Part shown: one piece after another, positions 12,531-26,400 of the stretch | Layout of the letters: the number at the start of each line of letters is the position of its first letter | Numbering within the stretch: position 1 is the first letter of the stretch | From: Amphiscolops sp. MND2022 | Taxonomy: Eukaryota | Direction of reading: 5' to 3' | Length of the DNA stretch: 64,000 nt | Assembly (NCBI GenBank): GCA_964187785.1 | Contig: OZ076409.1 | Coordinates: 7,752,001-7,816,000 of the forward strand | Notes under the pieces: generated by a model | What the model was told of the DNA's origin: nothing | Databases searched by the model: none | Seen by the model: only the letters and a program-made list of their open reading frames with translations | Program-made: the position numbers and the translations under genes

Positions 12531-14747
12531 CTTTTGCTATTTTTTAGCCTGAGATATGGAGCCGACTTGGGCCTTTCCCGGCTTGTTGCTTCTATAATTA
12601 GTAATAGTAACTCGATTGGTTCTTTGCTTGGTTTCACTGTTTCCTTTGTTTTTCCCGCAAACTCGATTCTGTTCTTTTGTACATCTTGATGAGTGATCCA
12701 AATTATCATTTTGAACATACTACTGGAAATTAATTTGATTCGCGTTTCATTATTGATGCTTGAGTTGATTGGTACGTCATTAACTAATAGTGTCGCGTTG
12801 TTACTTTCCGACCCCACAATTTACAAATGGCGGAGGAAAATCATGATCTGTGATGCTTTTTTTCCAAATTTTGCCAAATCTCCAAAATCTCCACCTTTTG
12901 ATTACTTGACTATTACTTGACTTGATGAACATAATTAACCCGGAATAGAGGTGGAATTTTCTGGATCCATCGTAAAATCGGCTGCTTAAATTTTGAACCG
13001 CAATATCTCCTTAACTATTCAAGTCCGAAAACGATCTATACAGCGTTCGAAAGAGGAGCATCAGGGCTTTCAAATCAATTTTTAAACTGCTGCGCTGGGG
13101 GCCCTTTTGTATCTTTTGCTTAAAGACAATGCTATGTTGTATACTAGCATATGTTATATGTGAGTCATAGACACTGTCAAATCTGGGAACTGAGTTTTTG
13201 TCTATAGTTGTACAGAATTTTTTAGTCTTGCTGATAAAAAAACTTGTCTCAACTTTTAAACCAGTTACCAAACTGAACTATCTTCCCGCACCTGTGCAAT
13301 GATTGTAAACAAATTCGGTCGCATTTTCAGACCGCAGACCTTTCTAGAATCGCTAGGGTGTTCAGACATCAAGCGTTTCTTTTTGGCAGACCAAGCTTTT
13401 TGTTTGAAAGGTCAGATGGAAAAAGTTTCGAATTCAATTTTGGATTTTTAATCGCGCAAACGTTGCTGCTGTTTTAAGCACACAGGTTATATTATTATAT
13501 AAGAGGATGATTGTTTTTGAAATTAGTACAAAAAGTTAAAACTTGCCTATATTCACAGCTACCAGGTAGGGCTACAAACTGCTAAATTTAGGATGAATCC
13601 TTCAGACCGCCTGATCAAAATATATGGTTGTCACGTTTCATGAAAGATTAATGGAAGCATGATGAAAATGCTGGTCAACCTACAAAATGACCAGGAAAAG
13701 TTGAACAATTTCAATTAGGGTGAAAAGTTCAAAGTTGTGCTCGAAGGATCAAAGAGCGCTGGAACAGATGTTTTTTCGAATGAAAGTGCTTCAAATATTC
13801 GTATCAAAGAAAGTGATAGTATTCAATCCACAAGTTAAATTAAATGGCATCTTTGCGGCAAAAAAGACTTTATACTTTTTTGAACCGATAACTCTTTCAT
13901 TTTCATACTTTGAACTTCGTCGGATTGAAATTACATAGAAGGTTTTCAAAGAATGACCAGAAATCAAGTGACATTTCGAAGAATTCACTTCGCCGAATTT
14001 CAAAAGAACCGTTGCCTACTCCAAATTTACTCAATTCACATCTCAAGGCTAACGTTTGTTCGATGATACCAAACTTGAAAAAAAACTTGTAAATGTGCAT
14101 CCTACATCATGAACTTTTCGCGTCCTTATTTTACGTACAAGATACACCAGGGTCCTAAAAAGCTGAAGACTCTCACTTTCGCTGATAACAAATTTCAAAT
14201 TGAATTAAAATTTCACATATTCAATTGACAGAAAGTCCCAGAGATAAAACTTTCTCGAACTTCAATCAAAATAACACCGCCGAAATTTTTCATTTTGGAT
14301 TCAAGACAAAATTATAAACGTAATAACACTTCGCTTGTTTTTGACTTCGACAATTTCTGGAATTTATCACGCAATATCTCGAAAACAACGGTTCGTAACA
14401 AAAAAATCTAAAACAAACAAATCTTTGAATCGAATCTCTAAGTTTTGAAATTATTTTTCTGAAAACGCCATCCTTGAAAATTTACACCGCAAAATGACAG
14501 TCCTAGGTGAAGTTTTACAGGCACCTTCAAAAAATGCCGGCTAATTTTTTATAACACATATAAAATTCAGGGATCATGCATGGAAACATTTTGTAGGATT
14601 ACTATGCTGCTTTCACTATTTGAGTTAAAACTGAAAACATTTCCACTTCTTCACTACCGCGATCACTTTGTTTTCACGCGTGTTTCTCGAGCAACTACCT
14701 TATGTAAGCACCATTAGTCAAATATGGCGCTACTTGGTGACTGAATA

Positions 14748-15463
14748 TGTAACGTCAAGCAAGTAACGCACATACTAGAACTGGGACAATACTTAGGTTG
14801 CCTAGACAGGAGACAATAGTCCTACAACAAGCCTAAATACCAGTTTTTCGTCCCTAAAGGTCTCCTAGGGACTTTTCCAAAACACCGTGGAGACTCCTCT
14901 TATTAGAGCTCCGTGGCGACGTGCCGGCACACTCAAAGTCCGGACACGTCCCACAAGCGTGTAAAAACGTTCCTAAAGGCTTCCCGCGGCTCTACATACT
15001 TCCGAGGTCTGAAAACAGGGTTCTAGCTGAAGTGCATTTTATTTCAGAAAATAACGTCTAAATACTCCATTACAAGGATCTGGCAGATCCGACATCATCA
15101 TAAATCTGTAAATCAATACTAATGACATCTGAATCAATCAAAATTGGCCTTTCTGACATGTTTCTATTGAATTCGCGATTCTCTTCATCTTCTTCGCTGT
15201 GGGATATCGGAATCTCAGAACGTTTTCGTATTAAAAACGCACTTTTCTGGGGAGATGACACAAATCCGAGCATTTTTCTTGTTCTTCCACATCGTGTCAG
15301 TGTCTTTTCTTCTTTTCTGGGTCGGGGTTGGGTTCGTCTGTCTTTTTGTTTGCTTCCTTTTTGGTTTCAACGACCTGCCAGGTCGGCCATTTTGATTCGC
15401 ACACTTTCTGGTTTTTGATCGAATTTTTTATCGAAAATTTGGTGCTGACTGGTGGACGTTACA
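14748..15463 (-). repeat. 3' LTR of element B (716 bp)
   Basis: Near-identical to 33185-33896 (about a dozen substitutions and three small indels by eye). TG...CA termini. Confidence 0.97.
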
Positions 15464-15471
15464 TCCTCCCC
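15464..15471 (-). promoter_or_regulatory. Polypurine tract of element B
   Basis: GGGGAGGA on the minus strand directly abuts the 3' LTR start TGTAAC. Confidence 0.7.
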
Positions 15472-15946
15472 GGGCCACTGTTTGTCGTCCTCGGCAAACG
15501 GAGAAGGATGCATCATTACTTACAAATGGTTTTAGCAACGTGATTTTCAGTTTTTCTCTTAGATCTTACTGCTTCAAAATTTCGATTTAGCACTTTTCAT
15601 TTTAGCACTTTTTGATTATCCTGGGAGAATAAAAATCAGTTTGTTTAAAAACTCTTACCATTCGTTCCAAGCTAGTTTAAAAGTTCTTTTAAGGGTGGTT
15701 GCACTTTTGAGACACTTTTCGAGCCAGAGAAGCGGAGAAGTTTTTACGAAAACTTTAATTGCACTTGTTTTGGCAGTTAGGCAGGCACCAAGCTGGGACC
15801 TACCCACCGGGTAGTTACATTAGCAAAATAACCAAAATAATGTTAATACTTTGTTAACTAAAATAGCACTTATTGTTTTGATAACTGCTGAGGCATAATA
15901 CGTTCTTGGTTAGTTTTGGTTTGATTAGCCAAGTTCAGTACTTGTT

Positions 15947-18900
15947 TCATTCATCGCCAGTGTCATCCATAGTAGTATCGTCATCTTGTAGCACTTCATT
16001 TAATGATACGGCCAATACTTCCGATGGCGGCAGATCTTGCTGATTTAAGCTTGGTAGTTCATACAATTCTAATTCAATATCGGCTGTTAGTGTTCTCGTC
16101 AACGACGTGGGCGTGACTTCCAAAGCTTCTAGCGGCACTGTCTGATCATTTGAAGTAGCATTGGTGGTGATGACCGTGGTTGAGTTAGCTGTTTCAGAGT
16201 CATGGATGGATACATCGGTGTTGGTTGTTGTTGCAATGCTGATTTGACTTGAGGTTGACATCATGGAAGTTGATGTATTTTCAGCAGTAGAAGCCTCCTC
16301 GTGCCCTGCTGCCTGTCTTATTGAGGTCGAGCCCGCTGGGCTTAGTTCTGGCAGCTGGTCTGCGAGGTCTTGGCGTCCATATCGGAAAAATATTTCTTTG
16401 AAAGTCCCAATTGCATTTAAATAACTGTCATATACGGTATTTCCTTCGTCCCTCTGCTTGGCTATCAAATTCATGAAGATTTCCATGGCCATTTGTGGAT
16501 TGTTCGGTATCTCTTCATTCAGGGGCAAGGTCTTTCTATTGGGTTCTCTTGCGATTTTCGGAACCGTCGCTTTCAGAGTTTGAAACCCTTGGTAGATCAT
16601 TCTGTCCACTATCGGCGGGTCTGTCCAATGCGTAGTGTCGGACAGGATTTTGGCTGTATTGGCTTGCGGTGTCACTCGGGGGTTGTACATTCGGGATACA
16701 TCTTGTATTACTCGATGCTGGAGTCTTTCTGGTGTGGAACCTTTTCTTCGTCCACCCAGGCGTCGTTCCGCATTGGTTAGTACTCGGAGAATACCTGGCT
16801 CATCCCAGCTGGCAAAGCCTTGCAATGCTCCAGTGCTGGGTTCTATAGGAGCGTGCAACCATTCTACTGGATGAAGTTCTAACTACATAGGAACAGCGCA
16901 CCGCGCTCTGGCTCGGATTAGGGCACTGAAATTGTACTCGACCTGTTTCTTGTCTTTAATAATCGTGTATGCCATCGGTGGTCGGAAGTTGGCAAAGGTG
17001 CGCACTAGCATTAGAAAATCCGGTTGTCTGGCGTCGTCTTCAGGGTCCACAAAATGTAGAATAGATAATGTAGGTGCTTTTGCGGCAACTCTAAGCGGCT
17101 GTGTAGGGTATCTCAGGGCCATCATTGAACCAAATATAGGCCAGACTATGGGTGCGATCATGGGGACTAGATCTTCAGTTTCTACCAACATGAGGCTGGC
17201 TACTTGCGAGGGTAATAGGAAACCTGGCAGGTTATTGCTGTTGGGTTTTTGACTTAGCGAGTCGTCTAAAGTGCTCATCACACCAGAGACATTGACCCAG
17301 GCTGAATAAACCCAAACCAATAGTGTTTCGATATTCTCGGCGAGCTGGGCGCGCAACTTCAAAGCGCCTGCAGGGTCCAAAGTGTTTAGAATGGCGTTAA
17401 TCCAATTCCGCTGGTTCTTGGCGAATATGAGAAAACTGAGTAGACAGGAGTTGGCTTTAGCTAGGACTAATCTCTGCACCAGGTGCACTGGGCCTTTGTA
17501 GACGGCGCCTAGACCAACGGCCATCAGGTATGCCAGGATTTCAGCAATTGTGGCCCTCTGCATTGCTTCTACATATAGTCTAACTTGCTGCTCATCTAGG
17601 CTGTTTTCACGCTGTACCATCGTTGGTACCCAAAATGGCGAGATATTATACAAGAATATGGGGAAGGGAATTCCATGGCTTTCTGCTGTTTCATTCAAGG
17701 TCACCTGCAGCGTCTCATGCCAAGATTGGTAAGTATGCTGTGGGTTCATTCGGTTTTCTTGCGCTGTCTTTTGAGCTAATACTGTCAACAATACTAGGGT
17801 GGGGGAAACCATGTTGGGCTTTGCGTCGATCGCTTGTGTTGCCACTGGAAAAACAGTCGCGTCGGTCCGAGTTTGTTTTATTCCTTCTGTCTTCTTGAAG
17901 AGAGCTAGCAGCTCTTTGTGGAATTTAGCGTTGTGTGTCCTCTCGTCTAGCGTGGACTCGTCTCTCATTTCAAACCATCCGTTGTCAATCATGTTTGCCC
18001 GTTCTTTTTCATTAGGTTCCTTAACTCGGCGTACCCCATTCTCATCAAAGGTGCGATGCGCCATTTGCATGCCAAATTCAAAGGCAGTAGCATCATCGGC
18101 CAGTAACTGAGAGTTTCCCTCGTATCCTGTACAAGCCTGCAAGGCTTTCGAGATTTCTGCCAAGAGTGCAGAATAAGAGTTTTCACCCGGACGCCAGGTT
18201 GTGGCACTCACTCTCAGGTTCGGTGCTATTATGTAAAATGACAAATTCTGTGAATATGATGCTTCTGATACTAGATATAACAGTTGCTGGAGTGGTTTAG
18301 GTAAGTATACGTATCCTGGGGGCGACATAAAGACTACCCCTACGACGGGCTTCATTCGCTGCACCCGCCTGATCACATTTCTCATTGCTTCGACGTACGC
18401 AATTACCTCTCCTGTCATCACTTCTTCCGTCAGTCTACGGTTGCCTCCTTCAAAGTATTTTAGCGTTCCTCGAAGAGCCAAGTGGTCGATCATGTTGCTA
18501 TATATTAGGATCGGAGGGAATGGAATTGTCTCTGTGTGGTTGACGGTGGGACCGAAGACCTTGCAGGTCACCTCTGCCATTTCCTCTAGCGATGTGCAGG
18601 GCAAGTTCATCACGCGAACATCCATCAGGGTGTTGTTCATGTTCGCCGTTGCTTTCATCGTGGAGTCCATGAACAAGGCAATCCTTTTCTTTTGCAACAT
18701 CTCTTTGCCCATGGGGAGTAAGGTTGTTATGTCCCTCATGAAATCACGGCTTCTCATCAGTTGGTCATCGTATCTTGCCGGTCGTTGTATGGCTAATTTT
18801 ACTTTGGAGGGGAGTGATCTCACCAATGATGACTTGTCTTTATGAAGATCTTCCCTCACTCTCTCGAACCAGGGAGGAATGCGGTCTAGAAGGAGTGTTG

Positions 18901-20185
18901 GCTTCTTTACGGGCCTCAAGTAATGCACTCCGATCGTTGCTTTTTCGAGGTTTTCCACATCCTCTGGGCTTCCTTTGCTGGTAGCTGTTTCGAATTTCTG
19001 CACACCCAATTCTGAGTCTGGATTCTCTGATTTCGCTTCTCGCTGCAGACGCACCGCGTCTCTGGCAGCAATGTCAAGCTGTCGTGCCTCTGTCTGCGAT
19101 AGGAGCTCCTTAGAGAATCGCACTCGCCTAGGCTCCGGCTGTTGCACTGGGGATGGATTCGGGCTGGAGTTCGTTGCATCCGAATTAGCTAAGTCTCTGG
19201 CCCTTTTCTTTTGAACTAGCTGTTCGATCTTGCTTTGTTCCTTTCGATTCAGTACGTCGCGGAGATCGATAGGTGCCTTGGCTGCTTGCCTTTCTGCTAG
19301 TTCTTGCTGTTTCTGTTGTTCTTGGCGTTCTAGGTCGGCCTGAAAACCTATTAGGTGATGTGGGTCCTGCGACGTTGAAGGTAGCAAGGCATCGTAAGAG
19401 TCTTGAAATCCGATCATATCTGTCATGATGGGCACGTCGAGCGGGTTCCGCATCATTATGGTTCTCGGTCTTTGGCTTGTATTTTGGGTGGCATCTTCAT
19501 CGTTCTGCGCGCACGTGTGCGCTTCTTCTACCCCTTCCCCCCTGAAAGAAGAAGGGAGCATGAGTTTGTTGTTCTCTTCCAGGCGCCTGACACTAATTGG
19601 GGCGGATGATGGTGGGAGCGTCAATATTGGCGGAGGCACTGTTGGCAAAAGGCATGTGAATTGCTGTGTGGGCGATGGTTGCGTTGATTGATAGTCGCGG
19701 GCGCTCTCAGGGGCAGTTGTCGACGATATTGCTGATGCTTGCGTTAGGTTCGTTTGAAGACGTCGTTGCTGCTCCATGGGAGGCCTATTAGGCTCGTCAT
19801 ATCTCAGGTGCGATCTGTGGTCATCAAAATGGTGGGTGAGATCGTGACCTTGCCACGCGCCATTGTGGAATTCCGCAGTTCTGCGGTAAGATCCAATTCC
19901 AATTGATATGGAGAGGGTGAAGTCCGGATGTATTTCGAGAGATTGCATTTGAGCAATTAGTATGGCCATTCCGGTCACCAGTGATGGGGAAGGGTCCTCT
20001 TGTAGGGTCGATTGGACCAGACCAAGCTGGTCAATTCTGGTTTGAGATTCTTCGACAGGCAACGAGGACACGGGAGCTTCTTGCATGGCAATCGTCAGTG
20101 GTTGTGATTGGTCCATTCTGCTGGTGGTCGGTTGCGAGCTTGTTGTTGATGGAGCTGGCATGCGGGTTTTAGCCGATTGATCCAT
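15947..20185 (-). pseudogene. Third ORF of element B (env position), ~1,400 aa, SGNH-hydrolase-like central domain, one in-frame stop
   Basis: ORFs 16883-20236 and 15947-16858 share a frame, split by TAG at 16883-16885. First ATG at 20185. Motifs IALFMDS, ILIYSNMID, VVFMSPP, WRPGENSYSALLAEI. Confidence 0.75.
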
Positions 20186-20487
20186 TAAAGAGATAGGTAG
20201 CGCCTTGGATAAATAACTATGGTGGATATATTGCAAATGTGATGATATATGACTGGCTGCGTCAAGTGCATAGGAATTGACAGGACTGAACTAGAAAGAA
20301 GAAAACAATAGACGTCAATATGAGTTAAAATATTATTGCTGATGAATGCAATTGATATGATAAACATTAAAAGACAAGATAAAACAGATTCGACAATTCA
20401 CGTTAAAAACTAGTTCAGGGATTACTCAAACAACACATATGCTAAGAACAGGACGAGTGGCCTCCCTTTTTTTTGTGCCACAGTGAT

Positions 20488-23400
20488 TCAGTCAAATTTG
20501 TATTTCACATGGTTATGGTGTGTCCTCACTAACGCAATTGATACATACACCCTATCATGGAGGACTATGTCAATATTGGAATCAATGAAATGATCTTTCA
20601 ACATTAAATACCAAGCTGGTAGCAGGTTGATTGATCTCTCAGGGTCATAGATGGGAAAATGGATACGGGTGATCTGTGCTCGTATGAGCTTCTGCACCAG
20701 GTCTATTAGGCACAGATGTAGCACATCATGTAAAATGGGGTGTTTGCTAGAGGCTCTGGTGATTAACAGGAACATTTCGTTATTCCACGGCGTTGCGGGT
20801 GATCTAGTGAGGTGAATACCCTTTCCTACGGCTGGGCGTAGTCGAAAAATTTCTTCCTGGCCATATTCCCTGATGACGTAGCGCGCCATTGCTGAATGTG
20901 ACAAAAGATCTGCCGGACAGCATATTACTACGATACCCATGGCTTGCAAAATGTCAGTTCTTTGTAATAAATCCATGATAGATAGTTCGGTTTGATCTTC
21001 GGATGCGTTATCAATAGTTTTCCCGTGATTGTGCTTTGATTGTCTTGACTTGGTGAGATGATCCAGAATGGCCTTACGGTCTTGCCACACTGTTCTGCGT
21101 AAAGGTCTGTCTCCCAAGTTGGTGCAAGACCAATCGTGAACTACGGAGAGTGCACCCAGCACGGTCACTGAGTTCTCGAATGTATACGTGTGTTTGTCTA
21201 ACAGGCGTATTTTGGCTTGGCGACAGAAGATGATAGCTAGTAGCTGTAACCAATGTTGACTGAGGAATTTCCCACGATAAATATCTGCTAGATGGAAGCA
21301 TAAGGTGTCCTCGAACTCTACAAGCGTACGCAAATTTTCTAAACAAATCAGTAGAGTTCCTGGAGTCACTGGTGATGTCTCGTCCAAAGAGGTGACCAAT
21401 AGCCACCAACCAGCCGTTGGGTGATACACATCTCCAGGAGGGGAGGTTACACCATATTGCTGCCATAGTCTTCGCGCGGTGATACAGCGGACCATTGCTA
21501 TTCGTGTGTCACTTGGTTCTATTTTTCCAAACATCATCGATGGTGGGAGTGGGGGTATGATTGCGGTCAACGTGAATTCTAATCCACTCTTTTCGTGCCA
21601 TGTCCATTCCTTAAATCGGTAGGTGGGGCAGTCTGATGAAGATGTTTCTTGCATGGCTCTTAGTGTGGTTTCCAGGGGTGGGACCACGGTTGGTCCAATG
21701 CTCGAGTAGGTCTTTTCCACGGTAATCACAACGTGATGTACTTGTGGAACCTCTTGGTCCTTAGCTTGTATGTTTCGGATGTATTGCATGTGGTCTTCCG
21801 TTGTTTCAGTAACAGCTGTGTCTGGGGCAGGAGCGTCTACTCCCCGGGCCAATCGCTTGTTCTGTGGTTTTCCACTAATTAGGTTGACGCAACTACAGTT
21901 ACGGGAACCACATGTTCCGCAGCGATATCTGGGAGTTCTATTGCGTCGCAGCAAATAGGGTGGTGCTCGTGAGGTTGTTGTTTGTTCCGCCTCTGGTTGC
22001 TCTGATGATAAACTTTCTGCAATGTTGGGTAGTGTCATTGCACGTTCCAGGGTTTGAGATTGTGCTCTAATTCGCAATCTGCCTCTCGATCTGGCGTACG
22101 GTCGGTGCGTGCTTGCAAGTGCTCTGCTTGATGAGTTGGCACTTCCTCTTCTACGATTTGGAGGTCTGCCTCTTGGTCTGCCTCTTCTACTCACGGTTCT
22201 CCCCGATGATGGCGATGCTTCCATGCTGTGTCTGGGTTCTGGAATTTCTCTGTCGGTTCTTTCTGGGGGTTCGGGTCTCTCGAAAGTTTGTAGTCCTGTC
22301 AAGCTACCAGCTCGAGAGCTGAATAGTGGGAAATTGCTCAATGTGTCGGTTAAAGCTGGGTTCGAGAGCAATGGTGCTGATGTTCCTGATGGCGAGGGTA
22401 TCAGACTTGGTGTTGGTTCTGGCCTGACTTCCTCTTGGTCTGAATACAGTGGTTCCAAATCATCGATATCAGGGTAGGTCATTGGTTGTTGTGGCTCTTC
22501 AATGGGTTCTTGGTCGGATTCCGACTCAGAAGGGTATCCAAATTGACTGAATCGTCTTCGAGGGATTCCTCGTTCTAGAGCAGACTGAGTACGTGTTTGA
22601 ATCGTGCTTGGGGGAACGGGCGCGGTCGGTTCCATCTCGAATGATGCCTCTGGCAGTTGTTCTGGAAGAAATGAGTCACGTGAGATGTCTGACGTTATCT
22701 CCTCATTACTTTCCTCCACGTATGGGTCTGCGATGATGGCAACATTCTGGTCTAACCCAAAGGGTTGATGTGCCGCCCAATCCCACGGCGCAGGCACATG
22801 CTTCTTCAGGCGTTCGGATTGAACCTTTTGTCCTGTATCCAAAACGTATAATCTTCCATCTTGTAATACATCTGTGACCTTGTGAGGTCCACGCCAGGCA
22901 CGAAGGAGTTTGCGGGTGCCACCTTTAGGAATTATGTGGCAGAAAACCCAAACAGCATCACCCACCGCGTGAGCTTTTGCTTTCAAATGCTTGTCGAACT
23001 TCTGTTTTTGTCGTATTTGCGCCTGGTGTGTGTTTCGGCGAACAAGTTCGTGGATTTTTTGTTGTCGAGCAAGTAGGTGCTCCACAAATTCTTCTTTGGA
23101 CTCAAACTCTCGCGCTGCGAATTCTGGGTATAAAAACGAGAGTGGAATGGATTTTTCTGCGCCATGTTGGAGCATATACGGGGAAAATCCGGTGGTTGCA
23201 TGTATGTCTGGTTGAATTATAAGCACCCAAGACTCCGTCTATGTGTTCATCCCAGTCAAGCATTCTTCGAGACGTATAGACTCGGAGCAAGGTCAGTAAT
23301 GTTCGGTTTTGACGTTCCACTAAACCATTACCTCTCGGATGAGTTGGAGTAGACGTTATTTTGGTTACTTGCGAAGCTTTCATCAGTTCTTGAGCAATCT

Positions 23401-26400
23401 CAGCAGTAAAGTTGGTGGCATTGTCCGATTGCATCCTGGCAGGTGTGCCGTGTCTTGCAAACCATTTGTTCAGAATAATCTTTGCAGTCGTCTGGGCGTC
23501 ATATTCGTCGTGTGCACATGGGATTGCCTCTGCAATATTAGTGAAATAGTCGATGATGACTAGCAATCCATTATTTCCTGATGTTGTTTTGCACAACTTC
23601 AAATGGTCGAACTGCACCAGGTCAATAAAATTGCTGCTGTTGATACTTTGTAACGGATAACAGGGATTCCCAGCGGGATGTTTCGTCTGTTGGCATGTTA
23701 GGCAGTGCTTAATATGATTGACAACATCACGCTTGATGCCTGGCCAAGTGTGGCGCTCCTGGATTCTTGTTAACACTTTACCAACTCCTTGGTGTCCTGA
23801 TTCGTCATGCGCTCTGTACAGGATTTCGTGTTGGTATAGCTGGGGCATGACGATCATACACGGTCGTATGTGCATCGCGCGTTGCTGCGGAATGTAGTTG
23901 ACACACAAGATATCGTTCTGATTCAGGAACAGTAAGTCTTTCTTCTGGTGAAAGTACCGTTTGGCAAAGTCCTGCACGTCTTCGGGAAACAACGTATCTT
24001 CTAATGGCTCGTTCTTCATGAGTTTCTTCAGCGCTAGCAGATGTACATCTCTGTGTACATCTCTGTTTTGAGCTAGATGAAGATCTTTCAATCCGCGCAT
24101 TGTTGACTGATGCTCGTGAAGCTCAGTCCCGACTAGCCGGAGGACGTCAGCTTGTTCCTGACACGGCGTAGGCAATCTATGCAGTGCTGGGTCACGTTGG
24201 ATGGTGTCCAGACGTGCCGCCGGTACTTTGGTTGTTATGCTAAGGATACAATTCGGTCTGTCGTCTTCGGTCGAAGTCGGAGTTGTTTCCCATTGCACCT
24301 GTGGGTACCATGGTAAGGAACTCAGGGACGGGTCTGCGGTTAGGTCTTTTTTTGGTAGCCTTTTCAAAATGTACAGCACTGGAAGTTGTGCTCGAGCTTC
24401 CGGTGGAAGCTCTGGATGGTTTGGGATAAATTTTCCATGTTTGTCGATATAGGGCACAGTGGGGAGTTCTTCGTAGTCTTTCTAGGACATGAAGCTGAAT
24501 CCCTTGCTCACTTCTGGTAGAGTTTCCACAATCTTCTCCCGATGTACGTAGTCATTGGTCCTTTTGCTAAGACCATCCACATTTCTATGTTGTGTGCGCG
24601 GTCTGTGGATCGTCTTGAAATGATATTGGTCAAGGCGCGCAATCCAGCGTCCAATCATGGCTTGATCCATTGAATATGTCTTCAGCCACGAGAGAGCCTG
24701 GTTATCCACGCGCAGCGTGAATTCTCGACCTGCAAGGTAGGAATGAAACTTCTCGATGAAATAGAATACTGCATACATTTCCAGCTTCGGGGCGCCATAT
24801 TTCATTTGTGTTTTAGTCAGTGACTTGCTGCCATAAACAATAGGACGAAGAATGGTTTTCCCATTGTATTGTTGCTCTTGGTGCAGTATGCCGGCTATAG
24901 CAACTGCACTGGCATCCGTGTCTAGAACGAAACGTCCTTCTTCGTTAGGCGCTGCCAAAGCTGTGGCATCGACCAATGCTTGCTTTACTGCATCGAACGC
25001 TTCTTGGTGTCTTTCTTTCCAGTAGAAGTGTTGGTTCTTCTTTAACAACTCCTGCATAGGTTGCACCTTAGCAGCATGGAAAGGAATGAAATCTCGGTAG
25101 TAGTTCGCAAATCCAAGGAAGCTCTGTAATTCTTCTCTGTTTCTGGGGCATCCATTCTTGGATTTTGCTGACAGCAGCCGGGTCAGGCTTTATGCCTTCG
25201 GCCGAAACTACTCTTCCAAGGTACTTGGTTTCAGTGCGCATGAAGTCACATTTCTCTGCTCGCATCTTGAAACCTGCCTCTCTGAGACACTCGAACACTT
25301 CTCTAATTCTTTCCAAGTGGTCTTCAATGGTTTCTGTCGCAATCACTATGTCATCTATGTATGCCATGACAACGCTTACATGTCGTTGTTGGATCTTCTG
25401 TAGAGCTCTCGTGATCGATCGCTGAAAGGTGGCCGATGCATTGCATAGCCCGAAGGGCATGCGCCGCCATTCGAACAGGCCAAGTTCACACGCGAACACC
25501 GTTTTTCTGCGATCACGCTTCTTTAGTGGAATTTGCCAAAAGGCCCACGCCAAATCGATGCTCGTGAAGATCTTTGCATTCCCAATCCTCGAGAGGCTTT
25601 CATCGATTCTGGGTAGTGGAAATGCGTCCTTCACTGTTACATCATTTAGCGGGCGGAAGTTACAGCAAAAGCGAAGCTCGCCTGATTTCTTTTTCACCAT
25701 GACTATGCCACTGGCCCACGGAGAGTAGGAGGGTTGTATCAGACCAAGGGCCAGCAAATTCTGCACTTCCTGATTAGCTTTCGCCGCCTTATTAGGGGAC
25801 ATTCGCCTAGCTCCTTCTCGGTGTGGTATAGCCTCCGGCTCTAGCTCTATCTTGTGCTTTGCAATCTTACACCTACCTATGTCAGACTTATTTTTCATGA
25901 ATAGGTCTTCGTACTCATTTAATATAGTTTCTAACTTGTTTCTCGCCTCTTCCCCCCATGAAGAAAGGACGGAAGAGAGGTCGGGGCCTGGGATTGCTTT
26001 TAACAGCTGTGGATCTGTCCTTTTGCGCTTTTCATTATCTGATAAACCTGCCTCAGACGGTTCGGTCGACGATAAAAAATTTCGGGCAAAAGAACTGATT
26101 TCTGAACTGGTGTCCATATCAAAGTTTCTATGTATTTGATTTACATACTCGGCAGAAAGCTTCGAAGCTTCACCTTCAGTTTGCATAAGAACAGAGTTCA
26201 ATACAAAAGTGGTAAGCGCCGCTTTGCCAATTACAGTTTGTGCTTTGATTTTCACCCGTTCTTTATCAGTTTGGTTTCGGATGGCTAAAAATACTATACC
26301 TCCTTCTCCCACAGAAGTTAGTGTATCTTCTGAAACAAAGACTGAAGTGGACTTTATGCTACATGAGTGGACCGTTACATTTCGAAACAGGAAAGTGTCT

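Noticed and set aside
15947..20236. Classical retroviral env gene
   Set aside because: No N-terminal signal peptide, no clear furin site plus fusion peptide, and no C-terminal TM anchor. The tail is acidic and Ser/Thr-rich.
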